A DNA stretch of 32,000 nucleotides, from the NCBI RefSeq assembly GCF_000018105.1, contig NC_009925.1, positions 2,040,001-2,072,000 on the forward strand, given 5' to 3'. Below are positions 17,790-25,421 of the stretch, piece after piece. Every line of letters begins with the position of its first letter. The stretch's first letter is position 1. This stretch comes from Acaryochloris marina MBIC11017. GTDB taxonomy: Bacteria; Cyanobacteriota; Cyanobacteriia; Thermosynechococcales; Thermosynechococcaceae. A program made the translations under genes and the position numbers. Under the pieces are notes generated by a model that was not told the DNA's origin, made no database searches, and saw only the letters and a program-made list of their open reading frames with translations.

Positions 17790-18137
17790 TTACTCCATAA
17801 GCTCACATCCCATATCCTTGGCTTGTTGACGGTAATATTGAGCCATTGCCGGATTTTGATCGTCTACCTCGTAAATCGTAGCCAAATTATGGAAAGACAA
17901 GGCGCAGCCTTGCAAACCTGCTTGTTGATACCATTGTTTTGCTGCAGCACTATCTCGCTCAATCCCTAAGCCCAGCTGAAACATTGAGCCGAGCAGGCAT
18001 TGGGCAGTCACGTACCCTTGGTAGGCTAGCAGCGAAAGTAGCTGAAAGGCTTCGGCATACTGATGTTGAGTGTAGGCTACCTGACCAGCTTCTAGTTTTG
18101 GATGCAATGGACGCTCAGCACAGTAATGGCAGCTCAT
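17790..18137 (-). CDS. Sel1-like (TPR-related) repeat protein
   Basis: 115 aa. Repeat units of the form A..W(Y)..A...G...A...L, for example AAAKQWYQQAGLQGCALSFHNLATIY. Confidence 0.65.
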   Translation of the reverse strand: MSCHYCAERPLHPKLEAGQVAYTQHQYAEAFQLLSLLAYQGYVTAQCLLGSMFQLGLGIERDSAAAKQWYQQAGLQGCALSFHNLATIYEVDDQNPAMAQYYRQQAKDMGCELME

Positions 18138-18337
18138 GGTGGTGAGTTTTTACCTTTGGCGATGATTTTGGGAATCGTTGTAGTACATTTTCTGAACCAT
18201 AGGACACCTTACAAGTTGTCTAACACTGTTGTTCTCTAAATTCCTAGAGGAAGCGGTTGGTATCTAATATCTGTATATAGGGCTGCAATACATCACATGA
18301 CAGATAACCATAGTCATCCCATGAAGGATTGTCATCC

Positions 18338-18736
18338 ATGCCGCTAATCCGCTCAGAATCGCAAGTTGGGAACATACTTGACCATTATCATGACAACGAA
18401 TCGGATAGCGAACAGATTCGCAAATGGTACGCTGCAATGCGTGACCTGATTCCAAAACTCGATGCTGAATTGCCAAGCACCAATGTTTGGGGCCTAACTT
18501 CACACGATTCTCTGTGCCTAATGTCAGTACCCGAATATAATGCTGGCATCAATCATGTCATAATCGAGCACTACTATGATGGATGCTTCAGAATGTCATA
18601 CCATCCTCCAGAAGGCGAACTTCCAGTGCCGGAATCGCATGTTACCTTTATGGCAATCGGTGTCCCAGAAGCATTGACTCGAATTAAGATTGCAATGGCT
18701 GCATCCAAAGGCTGGCCTGATAGCCCTGACTTGTAG
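18338..18736 (+). CDS. Hypothetical protein (orphan)
   Basis: 132-aa ORF from the ATG at 18338 (track start is TTG at 18329). No recognisable motif. Divergent from the Sel1 gene. Confidence 0.45.
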   Translation: MPLIRSESQVGNILDHYHDNESDSEQIRKWYAAMRDLIPKLDAELPSTNVWGLTSHDSLCLMSVPEYNAGINHVIIEHYYDGCFRMSYHPPEGELPVPESHVTFMAIGVPEALTRIKIAMAASKGWPDSPDL

Positions 18737-18780
18737 CCGACATACTTGCAGAAGAAAGAAGTTACCCTCCTCCCAACTGC

Positions 18781-18966
18781 CTATTCCTGCAGCAAGTCTC
18801 TATTCCTCCCCTCTGCCAGGTTGACGGGATATATCACTAAGTCTTCAGCTTTGCCTGAAACCGATTCATATAGTCGACCAACCGGTATGTTTTGAGTCTC
18901 AGTACCAACCCAAGCTTCTTGAGATGAACGCTTGGTAGCTATCCGTAGTACATCGTGAAATGAATA
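18781..18966 (-). pseudogene. 3' remnant of a GNAT acetyltransferase gene, paralogous to 20243..20707
   Basis: The minus frame reads ..DVLRIATKRSSQEAWVGTETQNIPVGRLYESVSGKAEDLVIYPVNL..stop. The intact GNAT reads ..LLNLGRELGCQEAWVGTEADNTPACRLYESVAGTAEDFVMYSFNL. By hand count, 18839-18921 and 20307-20389 match at 70 of 83 nt without gaps. The frame is closed upstream by TAA and there is no start or N-terminal half. Confidence 0.65.
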
Positions 18967-19216
18967 TTACAAGAGGTCTATTGACTTTCGAAATGAAAAG
19001 GACTGGATTTGTCTAGCAGCTAAGTTTCAACAAATCAGAAAAGTCTTTGGTGACACTCTCAATAGTAAAGGTTCTCGAGGGAGTAAACATGCCATTCTTA
19101 CTGAGCATCTCCATCAAAAAATATCTGAAAAAATGATTCAATACCAAAAAGAATATCTCTAAATTTTCTCCATCAAACTACAAAATCCTAATCATATCTA
19201 GAAGGCTTTAATCAAC

Positions 19217-20212
19217 ATGCTATTTGCTACTAATCGCACCTTTATCCAAGGTCCTTCTCGCACCCGAAATCCTCAATTCCCCCGCTCAGTTGACTTTAAC
19301 TTGGATGACAACCAAGCTGGACAATCTATTTCTTTTTGTCGTCGAAAGAATACGAATAGCTACACAGAGATTGGGCACTCTGCTTTCTTTGATGCCCTAG
19401 AAGCCGATCCAGCAGAAGAAATCTTATTCTATATCCACGGATACTCCACTTTACCTGAGCCAGTAATCTTTTCTCGGACAGAAGAATTACAGCAACACTT
19501 CAATGCTCTTGGGGGCAAAAGTATTCGGGTTGTTCCCCTCATTTGGCCATGCGATAACGACTCTGGTCCCTTACAAGATTACTTTGGTGATCAGATGGCA
19601 GCCGATGCCAGTGGCATCGCATTTATGCGTTTTTTTGAATGGTTTTTTTCATGGCTGAGTAACCGCAATGATGGCCAGAATGCTCCCTTCAACAAAAACT
19701 TGAATATTCTGAGCCACTCCATGGGGGCCCGAGTGCTACGTGGTGCCCTTAATCGCGCTGTTCAATATTTTCAAGTAGATGGCTTTCCGCTGATTTTTCG
19801 GAGTATTTTTCTATCAGCATCCGATATTGTCAATGAAGCCCTTGAAGTAGGAGAAGAAGGACAGTGGATTCCATCGTCTGCCAGAAATGTAGCCGTTTAT
19901 TATGCCTCTGACGATTGGGCATTACGAACGACTGCAATTATTAATATAGGCAATCTGGTCGCCTCAAGACGGTTAGGTCAAAAAGGGCCAGAAAACATGA
20001 ATGCAGTACCTGATAATGTCTTTGCGTTTGACTGCGGAGACTTTAACAATCGATATGATTTACCCGGCCATGGATATTTTGCCAGTGACGTTCAGGGGAA
20101 TCCTGGGTTAGTCCTCAGACATATGCATGCCACGATGCAAAGAGGGCGAATTATTACGCCTAATGGACAGCGGAATGTTGTCTTAGATTCAAGCTTAGTC
20201 ACTTTCAACTAG
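19217..20212 (+). CDS. Alpha/beta hydrolase, DUF900-like
   Basis: 331 aa. Ordered motifs FYIHGY, IWPCD, YFGD, nucleophile elbow SHSMGA, SASDI, YYASDDWAL and RRLGQKG fit the DUF900 pattern. Confidence 0.7.
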   Translation: MLFATNRTFIQGPSRTRNPQFPRSVDFNLDDNQAGQSISFCRRKNTNSYTEIGHSAFFDALEADPAEEILFYIHGYSTLPEPVIFSRTEELQQHFNALGGKSIRVVPLIWPCDNDSGPLQDYFGDQMAADASGIAFMRFFEWFFSWLSNRNDGQNAPFNKNLNILSHSMGARVLRGALNRAVQYFQVDGFPLIFRSIFLSASDIVNEALEVGEEGQWIPSSARNVAVYYASDDWALRTTAIINIGNLVASRRLGQKGPENMNAVPDNVFAFDCGDFNNRYDLPGHGYFASDVQGNPGLVLRHMHATMQRGRIITPNGQRNVVLDSSLVTFN

Positions 20213-20213
20213 C

Positions 20214-20233
20214 AGGGAATGTTGCTCTTCCCT
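20214..20233. terminator. Short hairpin between the convergent hydrolase and GNAT genes
   Basis: AGGGAA (20214-20219) pairs with TTCCCT (20228-20233) around an 8-nt loop. Weak. Confidence 0.3.
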
Positions 20234-20242
20234 TGTCAACGA

Positions 20243-20707
20243 CTAAATCTGATTTTGAGAAGACGCCCTATCTTGCTCCTTTGCCAAATTAAAGGAGTAC
20301 ATCACAAAGTCTTCAGCTGTGCCTGCAACTGACTCATATAGTCGGCAAGCCGGTGTATTGTCAGCCTCAGTGCCAACCCAAGCTTCTTGGCAGCCTAACT
20401 CTCGCCCCAAGTTAAGCAGGGTCTGCAATAACTGACGTCCGATGCCTTGTCTCTGATAACGAGGGGATACTCCCACTTCATTAATCCAGAGTTGAATGGG
20501 TTTATCAGGATGGAAATACGTCACCGCTGAGGCCATCCCCACCACTCGCTGGTCATCACAGGCTACGGCAATGTGGTGACGAGGATCAGCCATAAAGGCT
20601 GCACTCCATGCTCGATTCAGCTGATAGTCAAAAACATCGGGTGCCACACAGTCAAGGACATGAATTTGGTCAGGCTGGAGAAGGCGAATGGTGACGGTCA
20701 TGGCCAA
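20243..20707 (-). CDS. GNAT-family N-acetyltransferase
   Basis: 154 aa. Acetyl-CoA motif A: VSPRYQRQGIGRQLL. Confidence 0.85.
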   Translation of the reverse strand: MAMTVTIRLLQPDQIHVLDCVAPDVFDYQLNRAWSAAFMADPRHHIAVACDDQRVVGMASAVTYFHPDKPIQLWINEVGVSPRYQRQGIGRQLLQTLLNLGRELGCQEAWVGTEADNTPACRLYESVAGTAEDFVMYSFNLAKEQDRASSQNQI

Positions 20708-20944
20708 TACCCCCTAGGTATCAGGACTTAGCTCAACGGTAGCGTGGGCTTACGGTCTGAATGAGGGGATATCAGCCATGGCCAAATTGAAAGAAGCCAT
20801 GCTAGCCTGTGAGAAAGATTTTGTATCTTAGCTTTTGCAAGTGCGACGATGAATTATCGCCCGTCCTACAACGGATTGATTATTACCGCCATTCCTTAAT
20901 CAGTGGTGGGTTCAACGTCGTATCTAATCATTTCGAGCATTTAG

Positions 20945-20969
20945 AAACCCGCCTCAAGGCGGTTTTTTT
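20945..20969 (+). terminator. Orphan intrinsic-terminator-like hairpin immediately upstream of the P-loop gene RBS
   Basis: CCGCC-TCAA-GGCGG followed by seven T, with AAA before the stem. No listed + strand gene ends here. Confidence 0.4.
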
Positions 20970-21004
20970 ATGGGCCTGCTTTGAGGCAACTCAGGAGGTC
21001 AATC

Positions 21005-21523
21005 ATGAAAAAAGTAGCAGTCTTTGGCAATTCCGGTGGTGGGAAATCCACCCTTAGCGCTCAATTAGCCGAGTTAACGGGGTTACCCCTCTATGTCTTA
21101 GACAAAATCCAATACAAAGCTGGAGGTGAGAAGGTACCTCAGGCGGTTTATAGACAAACGCACGATCAGCTTCTGCGGGAAGAGACCTGGGTGATCGATG
21201 GGTTTGGCTGCATGGAGACCTTATGGGAACGGCTGAAGGCCGCTGACACTCTGGTTTATCTGAATTTGCCGTTGTATATCCATTTTGCCTGGGTGACCAA
21301 GCGGATGGTCACAGGGTTTGTGCAACCCCCTTCGAGCTGGCCAGAACAAAGCCCCATCCTCGAGAGCAGCCTGAATAGTTATCGGACCCTGTGGTTATGC
21401 CATCGGCATCTGACACCGCGATATCGCAATTTCGTGCAACAAGCCAGGGAGACTCAAACGGTCTATCATCTCCGATCGGTCTCTGATATCTCGGCGTTTT
21501 TAACCACGGTGGTCAACTCATAA
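21005..21523 (+). CDS. P-loop NTPase, adenylate-kinase / topology-modulation (FlaR)-like small kinase fold
   Basis: Walker A in VAVFGNSGGGKST. The ATG at 21005 lies 7 nt after AGGAGG. The track ORF start at 20981 is probably too far upstream. Confidence 0.7.
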   Translation: MKKVAVFGNSGGGKSTLSAQLAELTGLPLYVLDKIQYKAGGEKVPQAVYRQTHDQLLREETWVIDGFGCMETLWERLKAADTLVYLNLPLYIHFAWVTKRMVTGFVQPPSSWPEQSPILESSLNSYRTLWLCHRHLTPRYRNFVQQARETQTVYHLRSVSDISAFLTTVVNS

Positions 21524-21689
21524 GGCCTGAATTTCTGGCGGGCTCAAGCATAGACGCGGCAGCTCATATTGCTCAATTAGTTGCCGCGACTGGGGTAGAG
21601 ACGACCTGCCATCTCCAAAGCTGATCGTTACACCTGTATCCGGTATATCCTGTTAAATTGTCGGTATCGCGCAGCGGAAAAGTTAAGAC

Positions 21690-22964
21690 GTGATTGATTT
21701 AAAGCAGCTAAGGGAGAATCCTGAAGCCTTTGCAGAGTGCCTCAGTCGACGAGGTGACTATGATTTGCAGGCTATTTTGGACCTGGATCAAAAACAGCGT
21801 GAACTAGAAACCGAGCGATCGCAACTGCAAGCCCGAAGTAACCAAATTGGTAAAACCATTGGTGAACGGATGAAAGGGGGCGCTAATCCCAAGGATCCTG
21901 AGATTCAAAACCTGCGGCAGGAAGGCAGTACCGTCAAAGCCACCCTCAGCGATTTAGAGCCGAAAGAGCGTGATCTTAAAGCTGAAATTGGTGAGCTGCT
22001 GTTAACGATACCGAATTTACCCAGTGATGATACGCCGGTCGGTAAAGACGAAACCGCTAACGTCGAAGTGAGTCGCTGGGGGGACGAATATATTCCTAAA
22101 AACGCCAAGCTCGCTCACTGGGAGATTGGCGAAAACCTGGGGATTTTGAATTTTGAGCGCTCCGTTAAAGTCGCTCAAAGCCGCTTTGCCACCTTGGTGG
22201 GGGCGGGGGCTGCCCTTGAACGCGCCCTGATTCAATTTATGCTCGACCAGCAGGTGGAAGCGGGCTATGTCGAAGTTTTACCACCCGTTCTCGTTAACAG
22301 TGACTCCTTAACGGCCACTGGACAACTGCCCAAATTTGCCGAAGAAAGTTTCAAATGTGCTGAGGATGATTTGTGGCTCAGCCCAACGGCTGAAGTTCCC
22401 GTCACCAACCTCTATCGGGATGAGATTATCAATGCCGATGATCTGCCCATTTTTCACTGCGCCTATACCCCTTGTTTTCGCCGAGAAGCAGGCAGCTACG
22501 GCCGCGATACCCGAGGGCTAATTCGATTGCATCAGTTTAATAAGGTGGAACTGGTAAAGCTGGTCCATCCCAGTACGTCTGCTGCTGAACATGAGGCCCT
22601 GGTTAAAAACGCGGCTGCCATCCTCGAAGCCTTGAAGCTGCCCTACCGAGTGTTGCAGCTCTGTACGGGGGATTTAGGATTCTCTGCTGCTAAATGCTAT
22701 GACCTGGAAGTCTGGCTCCCTTCAGCCGATTGTTATCGGGAGATTTCGAGCTGCTCCAACTTTCTAGATTTCCAAGCCAGGCGAGGGAATATTCGCTTTA
22801 AGGAATCTGGGCAAAAAGGGACTCAGTTTGTCCATACCCTCAATGGTTCAGGCTTAGCAGTCGGTCGGACCATGGCTGCTGTACTAGAGAATTATCAACA
22901 GCCGGATGGCAGCGTTCAAGTCCCCGATGTCTTGCAACCCTATTTAAAACGCAAAGTCTTGTAA
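21690..22964 (+). CDS. serS: Seryl-tRNA synthetase
   Basis: 424 aa. N-terminal coiled-coil arm, TGQLPKF, class-II motifs FRRE and [12 protein letters not shown] start gives the typical [12 protein letters not shown]. Confidence 0.92.
   Translation: MIDLKQLRENPEAFAECLSRRGDYDLQAILDLDQKQRELETERSQLQARSNQIGKTIGERMKGGANPKDPEIQNLRQEGSTVKATLSDLEPKERDLKAEIGELLLTIPNLPSDDTPVGKDETANVEVSRWGDEYIPKNAKLAHWEIGENLGILNFERSVKVAQSRFATLVGAGAALERALIQFMLDQQVEAGYVEVLPPVLVNSDSLTATGQLPKFAEESFKCAEDDLWLSPTAEVPVTNLYRDEIINADDLPIFHCAYTPCFRREAGSYGRDTRGLIRLHQFNKVELVKLVHPSTSAAEHEALVKNAAAILEALKLPYRVLQLCTGDLGFSAAKCYDLEVWLPSADCYREISSCSNFLDFQARRGNIRFKESGQKGTQFVHTLNGSGLAVGRTMAAVLENYQQPDGSVQVPDVLQPYLKRKVL
21815..21822. repeat. HIP1 octamer GCGATCGC
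   Basis: Exact 8-mer read in sequence. Confidence 0.95.
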
Positions 22965-23195
22965 ACTCCCGTAGGGACGGACCTTCTACAATGGGTGGGA
23001 CACTGATGGGGGAATTTCTGTCTGTAAGCGTTACTAAGATGAGTTATTTGGCATTGCCCAGGCAGCAACTGTAATTTCGTCTATATTGCCAGAAAAGCTT
23101 ATAAAAACAGTCGAACCCTGGTGATAGGGTCAGGTGTCTAATCATCGAGCAGTTTCGTTCCTCACCCATGTTCAGTAAAGGGAGAATAATCTTCT

Positions 23196-24143
23196 ATGCG
23201 TCTGAATCGTGTCCTAGCCTTAGCGTTAGTGACGTTATGTTTGATTGCAGCTTTAGGTAACTGGTTAGGTGGATCGGTTAACAAAAGCAAAGACCAGGGC
23301 TCTGCGAATGTCGCCCAAATCAATGTTTATGGCGTGATTAGCGATGAAGCGTCTGGTGGGCCTTTCAGCTCGGGTGAAGGGGCCAATGCCAATAAGCTGA
23401 TCAGCAATATCAAAAAAGCTAGAGAGGATGATGGAATTAAAGCCATCCTGCTACGGATTAACAGTCCGGGAGGCACAGCCGCCGCATCCCAGGCCGTGTA
23501 CGAAGAGCTAATGCGCACCCGCAAGGATACGGATATTAAAATTGTCGCCAGCTTGGGGGATGTCGCTGCTTCAGGAGGATACTACATTGCCAGTGCCGCG
23601 GATCATATTGTGGCGAATCCTTCTTCGATCACCGGATCCATTGGGGTGATTGTGCAAACCCAAAATGTGACCTCTCTCCTTGATAAAGTGGGGGTCCAAA
23701 CCAACACCTTTACCAGTGGCCCCTTAAAAGATATTCTGTCGCCGTTCCGAGAGACGAAACCCGAAGAACGAAAAATTCTGCAGTCCATCGTGGATGATTC
23801 TTATCAGCAGTTTTTAGATGCCATTGTTGCCGGACGGGGGATGCCCTTGGAAAAACTGAAGCCCTTAGCCGATGGTCGTATTTATACGGGGACTCAAGCC
23901 AAAGACAACAAGCTGGTAGATTCCCTGGGGAATTACTATGACGCGTTGGACAAAACGGCGGAGCTAGCCAATATTTCCGGTGACCCCAAGGTCAAGGATT
24001 TTGGCAAAGGCAGCTTATTTGGAGATTTCGGTCCATTTCTCTCCACGTCGAATCAATCCTTTCCCCAGCTAACGACGGAATGGCTCTCTTCCAAATCCCA
24101 ATGGCCGCGTTGGCATAAGATCCCGCTAACGATCATGGAGTAA
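23196..24143 (+). CDS. sppA: Signal peptide peptidase SppA, 36K type
   Basis: 315 aa. N-terminal TM segment, INSPGG, and AASGGYYIA (Ser nucleophile region). GGGAGA SD upstream. Confidence 0.85.
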   Translation: MRLNRVLALALVTLCLIAALGNWLGGSVNKSKDQGSANVAQINVYGVISDEASGGPFSSGEGANANKLISNIKKAREDDGIKAILLRINSPGGTAAASQAVYEELMRTRKDTDIKIVASLGDVAASGGYYIASAADHIVANPSSITGSIGVIVQTQNVTSLLDKVGVQTNTFTSGPLKDILSPFRETKPEERKILQSIVDDSYQQFLDAIVAGRGMPLEKLKPLADGRIYTGTQAKDNKLVDSLGNYYDALDKTAELANISGDPKVKDFGKGSLFGDFGPFLSTSNQSFPQLTTEWLSSKSQWPRWHKIPLTIME

Positions 24144-24146
24144 GCG

Positions 24147-24680
24147 ATGCTAGATGCTCTATTTACGACGTTCTTTGGTGCTCAATCCTCCCGGAATAAC
24201 CAATCTGTCTCGATTCTGATTGGCTTTGCGCTTCTCAGCATTCTGTCCTTGAATGCAGCTGGCAAAGTGGGGGCAGGCATTGGGGGAGTAATTGTTTTCT
24301 TCCTGTTGTTTTTGGTGGCAGGTCTGTTAGGGGGGCTGTGGTTAGCCGCTGCCTTTAACTTTTTTGCTCAACTCTTGGGAGGCAAAGGTTCAGCTCAGGA
24401 GAGCTTACGGGCAGTCCTGCTGGGGTTGTGGCCGTTGATGATCTCTGGACCTGCGATCGCAGCTTCGCAGTGGCCCGGTATTTTAGGTCAATTTTTAGGT
24501 CTGTTATTGGGGCTAGTCGTCCTGATTGGGACGCTGGTCACCCTGACGCGATCCATCGGCCAAGCCCATCAACTCCAGTGGGGGAAAGCTTTATTGACGG
24601 TTATCTTTACGGCTGTAACGTCGATGCTGGCGTGGTTAGGATTTATTCTCTGGCCCCTCGTTTTGATATTGGGGTTGTAG
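24147..24680 (+). CDS. Polytopic membrane protein (possibly Yip1-like), function unknown
   Basis: 177 aa with about five hydrophobic segments. It starts 3 nt after the sppA stop, so co-transcription is likely. Confidence 0.55.
   Translation: MLDALFTTFFGAQSSRNNQSVSILIGFALLSILSLNAAGKVGAGIGGVIVFFLLFLVAGLLGGLWLAAAFNFFAQLLGGKGSAQESLRAVLLGLWPLMISGPAIAASQWPGILGQFLGLLLGLVVLIGTLVTLTRSIGQAHQLQWGKALLTVIFTAVTSMLAWLGFILWPLVLILGL
24453..24460. repeat. HIP1 octamer GCGATCGC
   Basis: Exact 8-mer read in sequence. Confidence 0.95.
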
Positions 24681-24874
24681 CGAAACGGCGATGTATAAAC
24701 ACTTTTTCATCGACCGCAATAATTCATAATGAAAATCGCTGGTTTTTTAATAAAAAGATACCGATCCCTGGCATTTTTCAGTGCATCTACCCAGGCGATT
24801 TTGATAGCATTTTGGAAACAATAGAATTAAGCAATTAATTCTTTTGAACAGTCACAACCACGCAGGGCCTCATC

Positions 24875-24994
24875 ATGCTTCAAGAGCCAACTAGCACAAT
24901 ATTTTGGACCATTATGGTCTGTGAATTCTTGGCCGCCTTCGGTTTAATTACCTACCTCGCTCAAGGGGAAAAGCGCCGAAATAAACCTCAGTAA
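24875..24994 (+). CDS. Possible 39-aa single-TM protein
   Basis: Hand-translated MLQEPTSTIFWTIMVCEFLAAFGLITYLAQGEKRRNKPQ-stop. One TM segment with a basic tail, followed by a good terminator at 25050-25080. Confidence 0.4.
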   Translation: MLQEPTSTIFWTIMVCEFLAAFGLITYLAQGEKRRNKPQ

Positions 24995-25049
24995 CTTTTG
25001 CTCTTATTTGCAGCAATTAACTTTCAACATACCTCCTAACATAACCAAC

Positions 25050-25080
25050 AGCAGCTCAGGGTCAACTGTGCTGCTTTTTT
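25050..25080 (+). terminator. Intrinsic terminator
   Basis: AGCAGCTCAG-GGTCAA-CTGTGCTGCT (one T-T mismatch) followed by TTTTT. Confidence 0.55.
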
Positions 25081-25139
25081 CGTGGTTCATTGACTTAGAC
25101 AACAGCCACCTCGCCTGATTGGAATCACCGACCGATGCT

Positions 25140-25329
25140 TCAACTGACTCGATAGACTTTCGGAGTCATTCCCGTCACCTGTCGAAACTGCCTGCTTAAA
25201 TGACTGTGGCTGCTAAAACCACACTCGAAGGCAATATCGACAATGGGCTGATCGGTTTGCTTTAAAAGCTGTTTGGCCCGCTCTACCCGCTGCTGCAGCA
25301 AATATTGAAAGGGAGAAAGCCCCATAGAT
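25140..25329 (-). pseudogene. AraC/XylS-family regulator, C-terminal fragment (second half of the HTH domain), cut off by an IS insertion
   Basis: Reads (SMG)LSPFQYLLQQRVERAKQLLKQTDQPIVDIAFECGFSSHSHLSRQFRQVTGMTPKVYR, a classic AraC HTH_18 C-terminal end. Confidence 0.85.
25320..25329. repeat. Target-site duplication, left copy (CCCCATAGAT)
   Basis: An identical 10-mer directly abuts both IS ends. Confidence 0.85.
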
Positions 25330-25347
25330 CAATGGCACTGACTTAAG
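25330..25347. repeat. IS left terminal inverted repeat CAATGGCACTGACTTAAG
   Basis: Perfect reverse complement of 26795-26812. Confidence 0.9.
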
Positions 25348-25421
25348 AAGTCAGGAAAAGGCTACAAGTCTTGATAGATATAGGATCAAGACTTGCACGC
25401 CATAAACTTCTGCCTTTCACT

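Noticed and set aside
20243-20707. GNAT as the toxin of a GNAT/RHH (TacT/AtaT-type) toxin-antitoxin pair
   Set aside because: Those toxins are preceded by a small antitoxin gene on the same strand. I see no credible ORF in 20708-20980 on the minus strand.
20730-20800. tRNA-like D-arm sequence TAGCTCAACGGTAGCG
   Set aside because: I could not build an acceptor stem, anticodon stem or T-arm (no GTTCRANYC-type motif) around it, so it is not a tRNA. At best it is a chance resemblance.
20809-21057. 82-aa + strand ORF
   Set aside because: It reads straight through the terminator-like hairpin and into the RBS and start of the P-loop gene in another frame. It has no SD and is probably non-coding.
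24428-24838. 136-aa alternative-frame ORF
   Set aside because: It overlaps the hydrophobic membrane-protein gene 24147..24680, whose frame gives coherent TM segments.
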